A stretch of DNA of 64,000 bases from NCBI RefSeq assembly GCF_009914755.1, contig NC_060928.1; one strand, 5' to 3'. Below, piece after piece: positions 41,972-55,150 of the stretch. The DNA is from the human T2T-CHM13v2.0 reference genome, Homo sapiens. The notes beneath the pieces were generated by a model. It ran no database searches. It worked only from the letters and a program-made list of their open reading frames with translations, and had not been told where the DNA came from. The translations under genes were made by a program, and so were the position numbers. Within the stretch, counting starts at the first letter, position 1. Every line of letters starts with the position of its first letter.

Positions 41972-43390
41972 AAAAAAAACTTAAAAAAATGGGGAAAAAC
42001 AATTCTCTGATAAAAGCAAGCTCTTTCATTGCTGAAAGGCTCTAAACGTTATGTTCTACCTTAAGCCTACCATAAGCCTGAAATCTATAACTTCTCATAA
42101 CTGCCATGCACTGGACCATGTTCTGTGCTCTGGAGTTACATAAATATGTCTCATCCCTTTTATAAATGCATTTCAAATATATGTACACTGCTGACTCCTA
42201 CCCAAGTCTTCTCTTATGACATTATATCAAAAATTTTCATAATGCTGGTCCAACACCCCTCTTTTTCCTTCCCTTATGAGGTTACTAAATAAAAAAAAGG
42301 TAAAATCCATTATTTACATTGAGTATGAATAATTTATGGCAAGTTAATGTATTAAACTTCTAGCTTGTGCTTTTGAGTACCTGATTCTTAGTCAAAATAC
42401 ATAGAAATGTTTACCAAAATGTAAAAACGGGATATTTATGGTTATCTCAGAATTTCTAATGATGTTTCAAGCCTAGGAGAATACCCTTAGGAGAATACCA
42501 AACTTGGGAGAAGAATCCTGCATTCAAAAGTAAGATGCCAGACACATACCTTGGTATTTATAAAAAAGACACCAAAAGTGGGTCAGGGACCACTTCACAT
42601 GCAGGCTGTATAGGTGAAGACCAGAAATTCCAGAGGAGATTGATAAAATGAAATTGTTTTCCTCCTTCTCTACAGGAGAAAGCTGCTCTGTTCACCACAC
42701 CTCTCAAGTTGGGGTAGAGGGTGATAGCTACAAATGAAGAAACTGTGCTAGAACAAACAGCAAAGAAATTAGAATAGCATCTCTGTTCCATGCTGGATGT
42801 TTAGTGAGAGGACAAATTCCACACTGGGCCACCACAGGAGCATCGGATACACCCTGTAAGAGTTCTTAGGAACATTCTCACCCAGTGCATTTCCCACTGG
42901 GTGACAGGGATAGGGAGGGTATATAAGTGAACCAGAAATAAATACTTGCTTCCTGACTAGAAACAGCAAAGGTGAGGGGCTGCCTAGAACAGACCACAAT
43001 GGCAGGGCAAGGAGAGACAGTAAGCAGTTGGACAAAGTATATCTAAATTCTGTGATGAGGCATGGGTCTGCCAATTCCAAATGAGCCAAGAAGATGCCAC
43101 TGAACTTAATTCAGTTTGAGAGACCACACCCAAGAAGAGACTCCACCAACAAGAGGCTGAAGGAACAAGAGGAGCAGGGGTTGGAAGTGTATTCTGAACA
43201 ACCCTCTCCCCTAACCTGTCCAGCAAAAAGAGATAGCGTGTAGACCCCTGCTATGACAGAGGGCATTGAGGGCCACAGTGTGACAGTATCGATAAGCTAA
43301 GACCCCATCCTGTTCTCTCTCATTCATTTCTCCTCTGAAGTGGTTGGAAGTAGAAAAGGTGAGAAGCTTTAAAAAAATAAAAACACAAAC

Positions 43391-43423
43391 CACCACCACC
43401 ACCACCACAACAACAACAACAAC
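43391..43423. repeat. (CAC)6(AAC)5 compound microsatellite
   Basis: Read directly; it explains the poly-Val ORF. Confidence 0.9.
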
Positions 43424-43845
43424 AAAAACAGTGAAACAGACCATGCCCTCTTCTCCATGGGCCCTATTTTTAAATTCTTATCATGTTTATATATTCATTA
43501 ATTAAAAGTATAACTTCCTATGTTTTAAAAACGTAGGTTTGGCCTCACTTGGGAAAGAAGGGAATTTAAAGTTTCAAACTAGAATGCCCTGGGTTATTTA
43601 ATAGCTAGAAATTAATCCTAATTACCAAAGATATGACTATTTTTGTAATCAAAAGTGACCAGAAAACCATGAGATTGACAGAGATGTCATCAAAGGAGGG
43701 GTGGGAATGGGGAACAGAAATATGGGAGAAGGCATTTCAGGTATATAATCCTTACATTCACACCATTCAATAAAAATATTATAATAACAACACTACCTTT
43801 TAAATATATAGCTGAGCTAAAACAAACAAACAAACAAAAAACAGG

Positions 43846-44191
43846 TAGTTAGCCCTCTGTATCTGTGGGTTCTGCATCTGTGGATTCAACCAACCACAGA
43901 TCAAAAATACTATATTCAAAAAAGAAGAAAAAAGATGGTTGCATCTGTACTGAATGTGTACATACTTTTTTTCTTGTTGTTATTCCCTAAGCAATCCAGT
44001 GTACAACTTCTTACACAGCATTTACATCATATATTAGGTATTCTATGTAATCTAGAGAAGACAAAGTATACAGGAAGATGTGCATTTATATATATAAATG
44101 TCATTGTATATCAGGGACTTGAACATCTGTAGATTTTGGTGTTCCTGGAGAGTCCTAGAACCAATACCCCACAGATACCATGGGACAATTG
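43846..44191. mobile_element. Tigger3-like non-autonomous DNA transposon
   Basis: agttagccctctgtatctgtgggttctgcatctgtggattcaacc ... ccaataccccacagataccatgggacaattg, terminal inverted repeat-like ends. Confidence 0.85.
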
Positions 44192-44199
44192 CATTAAAC

Positions 44200-44890
44200 A
44201 TATAGAAATTAGTCAAAGCCAGAGTAGTAAAGCATATGAGTTGATGCTGCACTCATGCCCATGAAGAAATGAGAAGCACAGGCTTTGGCCTGCAAAGGGT
44301 GGAGAACTGGAAATGAGACATCTGCAGAAAGCAGAGTGGAAGGCTAGAAGGACTGCCAGCACTGTGTAAAAGCAACTGGAAAACTCTACTTACAAATTTA
44401 AGAAAGTAGTATAAGGTCTGTATCAAAGGTGGGTGTAAGGACTGAATTTACACTACCTACATGACTCATGAATTTCAAACTAACAATTTATTTAAAGAAA
44501 GAAATGACAAAACAGATGAAGGGGCAGTGGAACTTCTAAGTCCTTGAAAGAAGCAAAAGTGAAACTTCTCTTTGGGGTCACTTCAATAACCCAGAACAGA
44601 GTGGATTACCAGATAACACAACCTCCACTGAAGAAATGTTAACAATAAAAAATTTTAAACAATGTGAGAAAGCTGTATGACAAGAGTATCATAAAAGCAG
44701 CGAGGAAAAGGGAAGCAACTGGATTTTTTACAATATACTAAAGAAAAAAAAAACCAGACAGATTAAAGATCTAGATGTGGAAGGCAAAACTTTAACACTT
44801 TTAGAAGAAAATATGAAACTATCTTTATGCCCTCAGAAAGAAAAGCAGTTTTTTAAGCAAGACAGAAAAAGTACATATAAAAAAGGAGAA
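44200..44890 (+). mobile_element. Old L1M fragments (5' UTR-like and ORF2-like)
   Basis: gattaaagatctagatgtg...ttagaagaaaatat and L1M-like upstream sequence. Confidence 0.5.
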
Positions 44891-45453
44891 GCTAAAATAG
44901 AAAACCCGAACAGACCAACAGCGAGTAACAAGGCTGAATCAGAAGTCTCCCACCAAAAAAAAAAAAAAAAAAACAAAAAAAAACCAGGACCAGCTGGCTT
45001 CACTGCTGAATTCTACCACACTTTTAAAGAACTATTACCAATTCTTCTCAAACTACCCAAAAAAAAACTGAAGAGGAAGGAATCCTTCCTAATTCATTCT
45101 ATGAGGTCAGCATTACCCTGATACCAAACCAGACAAGGACACAACACAAAAAGAAAACTACAGGCTAATATCCCTGATGAACACAGATGCAAAAATCCTC
45201 AACAACATCCTAGCAAATGGAATCCAACAGCACATCAAAACAATAGTACACCATGATCAAGTGGGATTTATCCTAGGGATGCAAGGATGGTTCAACACAT
45301 GCAAATCAATACATGTGGCACACCACATCAATAGAATGAGGGACAAAAACCACATGATTACCTCAATAGATGCAGAAAATGCATTTCATAAAATTCGACA
45401 TCTCTTCATGATAAAAATTCTCAACAAATTAGGTATAGAAGTTACACACCTTA
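44890..45453 (+). mobile_element. L1 (PB/MA-like) internal ORF2 reverse-transcriptase fragment, disrupted
   Basis: The ORF track gives PGPAGFTAEFYHTFKE and [14 protein letters not shown]...[16 protein letters not shown], both L1 ORF2 motifs; frameshifted. Confidence 0.92.
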
Positions 45454-45479
45454 GATAGAAGTTACACACCTTAAGATAA

Positions 45480-45805
45480 GACAAAAGAAAAGCTAGGGAT
45501 TTCCATGCAGCAAAGTTCTGGCCAATGAGATAAAAAGTGATATATGCTTGATGGTGGGGGCTTAGGGAGGGAGGTTAGTTTCTGGTACTGACACTTCTTC
45601 CTGCCGAGAGCAGCAAAAGCTATCTTGCATCCATAAGAGCACTGGAGAGATAGCCACTCTAATGTCACTGAGCCGCAGAATAAACGCCAGCAGCCTCTAC
45701 CTCCAGGCATCTTGGTATATGAGAAAAATAAGTCCCTCCTTGCTAAAGCCACTTTTAGTCTAATTTTCTGGTACTTGAAGCCTGACACCACCATGTTCCT
45801 AAACA
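45480..45805 (+). mobile_element. MLT1 LTR fragment
   Basis: aagttctggccaatgaga, agctatcttgca, gagaaaaataagtcc...taaagccact. Confidence 0.6.
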
Positions 45806-48044
45806 AGGAAAAAATAATAAAGGACTACTCCGGCAGATCAGATAAATAAAAAACTATTTCCTCTAAAATATGAGCTTGAGTAGGCACATTAAATCTTATT
45901 TAGTATAATCTCTTGTTCCTATTGCATATGACATCATTGAAAATAAGGAAGAGAAAACTGACTATTGGCCACAATTGTTGGAGGTCAAAGCTAAATTGCC
46001 TTACCCTAGAAAAGTTCTTCAACTATGTGAATTTATATCCCATCAGGCTTTGATTCGCAGGAAGGAGAAACAGCCTTAATATTTATTTTCTCCCTAAGCA
46101 TAGATTCAGTTTTAAAAACACATGAAGACTAAACCATCAAAGACTGAATTCCAATACTTGATCTTCAATTAAATATGAAAACACAAAACATTTTCATTCT
46201 ATCTGTAAGGCACTTTCTAAAGTGCTATAAAAAGTCAAAAAAATAAGAAATATTTATTGCTTCTTTCAAAGCCAATTATGATTGACTTTCTCTTATGCAA
46301 CTTAGTTGCTAGTTTTACTATTGACTACTTAATTACCACTATTTTCACTGAAGAGCCCTCATTACAAGAAAAATTTGAATTCTACATTTCTATGTCATAT
46401 TTAAGTATTACTACAACATACCACAGAAAAGTAAACATATTCAGGATATCAATCAAAATGCGGATTTATACACTACGCTCAATATTAAGAGGGCACTTTT
46501 AATGTGATACCATTTTTATATATATCATTGTATTTTTTAAGTACCATTACTTAAATTACTGAATATTACTTAAACCATTACTGAATATTTTCTCTCAACA
46601 AAGAAAGCTAAATGAAGACTTAATACTGCTACAAAGCATTCACCAATTTAAAGAAAGATTAATTTTAATTCTTTGTTTTAAAATATTACAGGAATTAACA
46701 GAAGTATGTATACTATATACAGATATAGATTTATAGATATATACAATGTGTGTGTGTGTATATATATATATAAATATACAATCTTCAAGTTAAGAGTGAA
46801 TGTTTGACATGAGGAGCAAGCTACATTTCTTGCCTATTTCTACAGGTTCATTTCTTGACACCAGTGGAAAAAATTATTTAATATTCTAAATCTTGAGGTG
46901 AATAGGGGGTTGCTATCCTTGTTTGTAACTATTCATCTCAATTCAGGTAAGGAAAAAAATATATTCAAGTTACTGTTTTCTGGGTGCTAAATTGAATCAG
47001 GTGTCCTCTCCTCTTAAGAAAATTAAGTTGCTTTTGTGCAAGAGTGTTTTAATGAGAACAGAGCCGGCCGACAGTGATAAATGGGAATGACACCAGAGAG
47101 AGCACATAAGCAGGACAATATGTGCATGTTACAGTCTTACAGCCTATTTTTCACTGACTATTCTGAATGACTTCGCTGTTTCTTAAGGGGCCTATTAATC
47201 TCAAATTTAGTTATTGCACAACGTTTATTTGAACATATATTCTGTGGATGATGACAGTTAATAAAGGAAATCTTTCACAAGCTGTATTTTTACATATTGT
47301 TCCAACTACAGCTCTCAGTCATTTGATGGTATTGATGGAATAACCTACATTGTGCTGAGGCTTTTTTTAAAAAGGCACATATATTCAGATTCCTTTCTAA
47401 GCACATGGGGACTCTTAAATAACCGTTAAAACGCATACAAAAAATTCTAGTACAAAACAGTAAAAGTAAAAGGACATCTTAACTGTTCAACAAAAATCAT
47501 TTAATGTGCAAACTGACCCTTCTAAGACAAAACAGACACCTTTTAACACTTTTAAAGCCCTGGTACACAATATGCAATAGTTCGTGCATACCAATCTACA
47601 TTTTCACAATATGCATGGGGCAAGAGAGGAAGGGCAAAATCAATTTTCCTGAGGTGCAAAAACAATGAAGTAACATAGCTGCTTTGATTTCTCTTTGGTA
47701 TGCTTTTTTGATGAAATGTCATGTACTTAAAATAGTGATGATTCTGTATTTCTTATTTCTAGTAGAATACTTTTTAAGAGCTTAAAAGAATTGTTTCAAC
47801 ATTTTCCTAAAAACATAATTATCAGTTCAAATAAGCTCATCAATTCAGATTGTTGTTCTAGTTCTGGGAAGAAATTTGTTACTTTAAGGGTTACAGGTTC
47901 ACAATAACAATACCTAATATTAGCAAGAAATATTTAATTCAAGATTTTAAAATCTGCCTTATAATTGAGGTGAAATTAAACTTAATCAAACATTTTGATT
48001 GCATCCTCCTGAAATCTCAGTCTTCAAAGGTGTTCAATTTCTAT

Positions 48045-48230
48045 AAAATCAGAATTTTTAAGTGGGAGAGGCCATTAAATACTATGACAATCCCTTTGTT
48101 AATCAAGAAACAGAACTCCAGACAGGCAAAGGATCTTTTCCAAGGTCATACTGGACAGCAGTAAAGCCAGAATAGAATTCATCTCCAGACATCTCTTGCA
48201 CCCTCTCTATTACATCCACACTGTCTGTTT
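48045..48230 (-). mobile_element. MIR
   Basis: ccaaggtcatactgg...gccagaatagaattc. Confidence 0.55.
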
Positions 48231-49658
48231 TATATATTATTTTTAACAGACATTTGCAGATATATCATGGAAAAAGGGCATATGCTGAAACACTAATGGT
48301 TATGTTGGGGTAAATGGAATTATGAATATTTTTTCCTTTGTGCTTCTCCTAGAATTATGTTAAGAATTTTAGAGGCTCTCTCTTTAATCTTTAGGCAAAC
48401 TTTGAACAATGCTGTGCACATATTAGATGCTCAATGTCTGACTAAAAATTGAATGAATTGAAGATAATACCAAAAGGAAACTACTTAAAAGTAGTTAAAA
48501 GACTAAACTACTTAGTCTTCTTTGCTATGCTAACACTGAATATTCACAGGAACAAACCATGGGTATAACCCAGAATACCAACACTTAAATTGAAAATACT
48601 ATTTATTTATACTATTTATCCATTAATAGCTTATTGATAAATATCTAAGATTTTTATTGTAAATCTCTAAGATTAAGCTGAATGAAACTTACTTAAAATG
48701 TTATATACTATTTGATATTATATCTTTTAAAAAATCAATTTCTCAGTATTCCTCAAGTTTAATTCTTCTTAATCCTTTGGGTTTCCTATCTCTTCCAGAA
48801 AAGAATAAAACAAATGCTTCTCTAATTATTCATTCCTTCAACCTAAATTTATTAAGCAAACACAAAAATAAATACCATAGAGTACCAACTCACAGTCTAG
48901 GGCTAGAAGACAGACATCATAATAACTACAATACAAGAAGATCAATGGTATCAAAGAGTTATGGCAGCACAGAAATTAATTTTAAAATGGGCTTTTCCAA
49001 TATCTCCTAGTGAAATACAACAAGCACTTTTCTGATCAATTAATGGAAGCTCTATTTAATACCAACACATTGAACTAAGCTCTCAGCACACTGAGAGAGG
49101 AATTGGCCAAGAATTCCCCTAACACTTTGTTTAGAAGTGCATCCACAAAACCTAAGTGACAGCCTATGTCAAAGCATCTAATGTTTCTTACGAATTTTAG
49201 ACTCTAGCTTTCTTAACTCTGTTATTTCTGCTCTTTTCCATCCATTAGGTCTGGGAATCTCAAAGCTTCTTAAGAAGGCAATGGATCAATCCCTTAGCAA
49301 TAACTCTCTCATCAGCTTTTCATTAGCAATAAAATAGCTTTCCTACCATCTTCTGGGAAATAACTTACCATAGATTCACAGAACTGCAATGGACTTCGCA
49401 GATCATCTCATCAAGGCACTTTTCCTCAAAAAGGACTATACTGAAATCACAGATGGTGTCTACCTATCCTGTTCTTTATGTCTTCAGGATCAAACAGTGC
49501 ACAATCTCCTTTACAGTTTTAGATTTTAAAATCTATACTGTAAATCATATTTTAAACTAATAAGTTCTTTCCTTTTCTGACTTAACTTTTTATTGGAGTT
49601 TTTTCTAATGTTAGGTCCCCTGAGAAAATTTTTAAAAGCTGTGTTTTTGCCATTACAA

Positions 49659-49820
49659 GTAGCGTGCTAGTAGCTGTTTAACGACTGGCTCTTAGGATAA
49701 AGAGAGAACACCAATTTGTAATATGTGCTGATTTTCATGGTGTAAATACTCCCACCACGGCCAATTTCAAAGTGCAAATATAATGTCACTCAACACCAAG
49801 AAGGGAAAGATGGCATAATT
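49659..49820. mobile_element. MER63-like hAT DNA transposon fragment
   Basis: tggtgtaaatactcccaccacggccaatttcaa is characteristic of MER63. Confidence 0.7.
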
Positions 49821-50035
49821 CCAAAGGCACAAGAAATTAGAAAAAGAAGGGCAAATTAAATACAGAACAAGCACAGGAAAGAAATAATAAAGATATGAGC
49901 AGAAACTAATGAAATAAAAAACAGAAAAACAGTAAAGAAAAATCACTGAAATCAAACCTGGGCCTTTGAAAAAGACAAATAAAATTGATACACCTCTAAA
50001 ACAGGGATTGGTGAACTTTTAAAGAGTCACAGCTT

Positions 50036-50719
50036 TGTTTTAACCCAACTGGTCTAACACCAACTGGGTGTACTGGAATACAATTCTGGTGTTAACCACC
50101 TAGAATTAGTGTCAAACTCCACAAGTTAAAAACTCAGTCCCCCACAGAATTGCCCTTGCTTTAGACAGCAGTTGCACTTCAAGGGTCCACAGGCTATCCA
50201 CACTTTTGACCAACTGGCTATAAATTCAGGGGTTCCAATGTCCTCCTTAGGTTCACTAATTCACTAGAATAACTCACAGAACTTACTCAAAGTGCCATAC
50301 TTAACAATTACAGTTTAATTATAAGGGATACACATTAGGCAAGGTCTGGGAAGGAGTGCAGAGCTTCTATGCTCTCTCAGAGAACATCAAGATGCTCACA
50401 AACCAAGAGGCAACACCGAGTTTTAATTGGTGTCTCATTATGTAGGCATAATTGATTAAATCACGGATCACATGATTGAATTCAATCTCCAGCCCCCTCC
50501 TCTTCCTAGAGGTCAGGCAGCTGAAAGTTCCAACCTTCTAATCACATGCTTGGTCTTTCTGGTGGCCAGTTCCCATCCCAAAGCTATCCAGGACTCACCA
50601 AGAGTAACCTCATTAGCCTAACAAAGATACTCCCATCACTCAGAAAATTCCAAAGGTTATTGAAGCTCTGTGCCAAGAACTTGGGTCAAAGACTAGATAT
50701 ATTTTTAAATTATACAACA
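50036..50719 (-). mobile_element. MER21(C)-like solo LTR
   Basis: ctcagtcccccacag, ttggtctttctggtggccag, acctcattagc, ending aattatacaaca. Confidence 0.8.
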
Positions 50720-50949
50720 GGCACATTATTTAAGTATTCTAGGCTCTGTGGACCATATGGTCATAAATTCTCAACTCTGCTATTGTGGTGCAAAAGCAGC
50801 CATAGGCAATATATAAACTAATGAGTGTGGCTGTGTTCCAATAAAACTTTATCTATGGATACTAAAATTTGATTTTTGTTTAATTTTCATATCTTGAAAT
50901 TTTATTCTTCTTTTGATTTTTATCCAAACATTAAAAAAAGTAAACACTA

Positions 50950-51241
50950 TTCTTTCCTTTTATTTTAATTTTTGTGGGTACATAATAGGTGTATATATTT
51001 ATGGGGTATATGAGATGTTTTGATACAAGCATACAATGTGTAATAATCACATCATATAAAATGGGTATCCATCTCCTCAAGCATCCATCCCTTGTGTTAC
51101 AAACAACCCAATTATACTCCTTAGTTATTTTTAAATGTACAATTAAATTATTATTGACTATAGTCACCCTGTTGTGCTATCAAATACTAGGTCTTATTCA
51201 TTCTTTGTTTTTGGACCCATTAACCATCCCCTCATCGCCCC
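50950..51241 (-). mobile_element. L1MA (2/3-like) 3' end
   Basis: tttgtgggtacataataggtgtatatatttatgggg...gactatagtcaccctgttgtgctatcaaatactagg. Confidence 0.88.
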
Positions 51242-52168
51242 AAAAAACATTCTTAACTCATATACCACACAAAAAACTTTCAGCAAGCCTGATTTGCCCT
51301 GCAAACCACAGTTTGTTCATCCCTGCTCTTGGGTAAAAAAAGAAAATACAGACATTTCTAATGTCAGGAATGAAAGCAGGGACATCCTAAACTGCTTCAG
51401 ATATTTAAAAGATGAGAATATTGTAGACAGCATTATGTCCCCAAATATGAAAACTTAGATGAAATGAACAAATTCCTTGAAAGACACAAACTACAAAAAC
51501 TCTCTTAAGAACAGATGACCTAAATTTTCTATTACCTATCAAAGACATTAAATGTGTAGTTAAAAACTTTCCCAAAATGCAATCTCTAGGACCAAATGGC
51601 TGCACTGGTGAATTCTACCAAATATTTAAAGAAGAAATATTAATTCTATAAAAACTCACCAAGAGAAATACAACAGGAAAGAAAATTCGCCAAATCATTT
51701 TACGAGACCAGCACTAACCTGATACCAAAATCAGATTAAAACATCATAAGGAAACCACAGAAGAATAATCTTCATGCACATAGACATAAAACTCCTTATA
51801 AAATTTGAACTAATTTAACCTAGCAATATATAAAAAGGATGATACAGTATGACAAAGTGGAGTTTATTCCAGGAATGCAAAGTTGGCATAAGATTTAAGA
51901 ATCAATCAAAGCAATTCACCTTATCAATAGATGAAAAAAGAAAAAAACATATAATCATTTCAATAGGTACAGAAAAATCATTTGACAAAATTCAATATAT
52001 ATTGATGATAAAAATTTAGAAGACTAGAACTGATAAAAATTTCCTCTGCCTCATATAAAAAACCAAACAGCTGACATCATACCTAACTGTAAAAGACTGA
52101 GTGTTCCTAAAATCAGGAACAAAGTTAGGATGTCTATTCTTATTACTACGTCTATCCAATCTTGGCCT

Positions 52169-52581
52169 TGTCAAAGTAAAATAAAATGGAGACTAGGCTG
52201 AAAATTCCCCAAGCAGACCAAGTCAGTTAGTCAAATAAGGATTTGATTGGTAAATGTAAGCAAAACTTAAGTTGGATTATTCCTTATAAATGTCTCTGAT
52301 AATCAGAAACTAAAGTAACTCACCTTACAAAAATGGTGAAAGTAATTGTTATTGGCCTATCCTCTGCTATCTGGAAATCCCCACTGCTGTATCCAATCAT
52401 TGTAAAGGTTAAACAACTTCCTCGTTTTTACTATAAAACCCAATCTGCAAGAGTAGGCCTCTGAGCTTCTAACCACTTTTGATTTTGAGGGCTTGTGTGT
52501 AACAATCTGTATTTACTATTTTACTCAACAGTAAACTTTAAAACTCTCTTTACTTATCTGATCTGATTTTTGTTTTGAACA
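52169..52581 (+). mobile_element. ERV1 solo LTR (MER34-like), 413 bp
   Basis: TG...CA ends, ccaatc and ctataaaa elements, 4-bp TSD gcct (52165-52168 and 52582-52585). Confidence 0.75.
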
Positions 52582-54949
52582 GCCTGAAAGTGTTAGCCAT
52601 GTAATACTGAAAGAAAAAGAAAGAAAATGCAAATAGATTGGAAAGGAATAAACCTGCCTTTATTCACAAATTACATCATCCTAGAAAACCTCCCTTCTGA
52701 AAAAAACTACAAAATAGGAAAGTTTATCAAAATTCAAGAATGCAAGGTCTATATTGAAAAATCAATGTATTTCTATATACAAGGAAGGAATAATTTTAAA
52801 TTGAAATTAATAAAAATATTTTTCACAAACAGTTTAAAGAACATGAAATATAAAATAAAGCTAACAAAATACGTGTAGACTGTGTATGCTAAAGGTTATA
52901 AAACACTGATAAGATAAATTCTAAAAGACTTAAATAGAGAGATATGGATTAGAATCCTTGATATTAAGGTGTCAAATTTCTCCACATTGATTTATAGACT
53001 CAATGTAATCTCAGTCAAAATCCCTACAGGATTTTTAGTAGAAATTGACAAATGACTACAATTTATTTTAAAAATAAACTTTATTTATTTATTTATTCAG
53101 GGAATTATTCTTAGAAAAGTTGGAAGACTCACATTTTATATTTCACGATAAAGTTATGCTAATCAAGATAATGTGGTACTGGCTTAAGGACAGATATACG
53201 GATCAACAGAAGAGAAGAGAAAGTTCAGAAACAGATCTATATAGAGATGGTAAATTGATTTTTGGCAAAGGTGCTAGAGTAATTCAATGTGGAAAGAATA
53301 ATCTTTTCAATAGGTGGTAACTGGACATCCACACACAAAAAAAAAAACCCAAAAACTCTGATGCTTATTCACACTACACACACAAAGCAACTTGGAATGG
53401 ATCATAGACCTAAACATAAGAACTAAATCTATAAAACTTTCAGAACACTTAAAGAACATCTTTGTGACTCTGGATTAGGACAACATATCTACGTTAGGCT
53501 ACAAAAATCACAAACTTTTGATATAATAAATTTTAAATCATAAAATTAAAAATGGATAAATTGGACTTCATTGTCCTTCAAAGTCACTGTAAAGAAAATG
53601 AAAAAGCAAACAGACTGGGAGAATAATTTCTAAAACACATAGCTGATAAAGGACTTGTATGCAGAATATATTTTTAAAACAAAATAAAACAAAACTCTTA
53701 CAACTAAATAAGAAGACAACCCCAAGTTTTTAAAAATGGGCAAAAGATTTGAACAGACACTTCACTGAAGAAGAGATGTGGATGACAAATTAACACATGA
53801 AAAGATCCTAAACATCTTTAGTTAGTAGAGAAGTATTAATTAATTAAAATCACAATGAGATAACACTATTTACCAGCAAGAAGGGCTAAAACTTAAAAAG
53901 AAACTGGCAGCTCAGTGTTGGTGAGGATGTGGACCAATGAGGACTCTCATATATTGCTGGTATAGATTGCAAATGATGAAGCCACTGTCGAAAACAAAGT
54001 TTCTGTTAAAGTTACACATATATTTACCATATGACCAAACCATCCCACCACTAGGTATTTACGCAAAAGACAGATATTCCTACATTCACACAGACTTGTA
54101 TTCAAATGTTCGGATTTATTTGTAATAGCTCAAAACTGGAAACTACCCAAATGTCCTTCAAATGGTGAATGAATAAAGAAATTATGGTACATTCATACAA
54201 TGGAATATGGCTCAGCAATAAAAAGGAATGGACTATGGATAAATGGAACAACATGGATGAATCTCAAAAGCACTCTGCTAAGTAAAAGCAGCCAAACACA
54301 AGAGGCTACATGTACTGTATGATTCCACTGATAGGCTATTCTGGAAAAGGTAAAACAGAAATCAGATCACAGGCTGTCAAGGACTGCAGGTAGAGGAAGG
54401 GGAAAGAGCCATAAAAGAATTTTTTGTCCTGATGGCAATGTTTTAAATCTTGATTGTAGTAGTGTTTATACAATTTTATACATATTCTAAAACATATAAT
54501 TTTAAAAGATGAATTTTACTGTCTATAAATTATATACACAAAAATCTCAGTTTTTAGATCATAAAAATTTTAAAAGTCAACAAAAAGTAGAAAAACATAA
54601 CTACATGACATTAAGCTTTAGCTTGTTTATATTTAAATGGTTTTGAGGTTTACACAGAAAATTTTAATTAAAAAAATAAGGTTTTGCTTAACAGAATTAG
54701 AAATGAACCAAAACCACCAAATTTCTGTTACTACTTCCTAACTAAGAAAGATTAAGCTTCAGGGCTCTGCTTGTGATTTGTAAAAATGTCTTTTCACGTC
54801 ATTATTTTCAACAGTAACATGATCTGGAGACTTAGAACTTACCTAACATTCAAAAAAGATACCCTTGTTTCACATTTATTTAAAGATGGTAAGGATTTCA
54901 TATTAAATAAACTGTTTTAATTTAAAATCATCACAGAGGCATTTATAAA

Positions 54950-55150
54950 ATACTAGAACTAGCACTTACAATGGAGTCTGAAGATCTGATTTCAAAACAA
55001 CTTGTCACATACTTAGCTATGAAAACTCATTACATCTCAGTTTATTCATTTCATTAAGTGGGAAACACAACGCCAACTTCATAAAATTTTGTGAGGATTA
55101 AATGAGATGGCAAATATGAAACCAGTGAGTATGCTACAAAATATTATATA
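54950..55150 (+). mobile_element. MIR
   Basis: ctcagtttattcat...ttgtgaggattaaatgagat. Confidence 0.65.

Larger units (their letters stand above)
50002..51325 (+). mobile_element. MER58B-like hAT element, split by MER21 and L1MA inserts
   Basis: Ends cagggattggtgaact ... agtttgttcatccctg; internal ctcaactctgc...gcagccatag...tggctgtgttccaataaaactttat. Confidence 0.8.
49825..54545 (+). mobile_element. Long old L1M (ORF2 to 3' UTR), split by nested insertions
   Basis: Collinear L1 ORF2 landmarks (aataaaattgata, ggtgaattctaccaaa, ccaggaatgcaaagttgg, tgtggtactggc, gcaaaagatttgaacagacac), ending in the 3' UTR tataaattata. Confidence 0.85.

Noticed and set aside
44777-45458. Reverse-transcriptase-like ORFs
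   Set aside because: These are frameshifted fragments of ordinary L1 ORF2, not an intact or domesticated gene.
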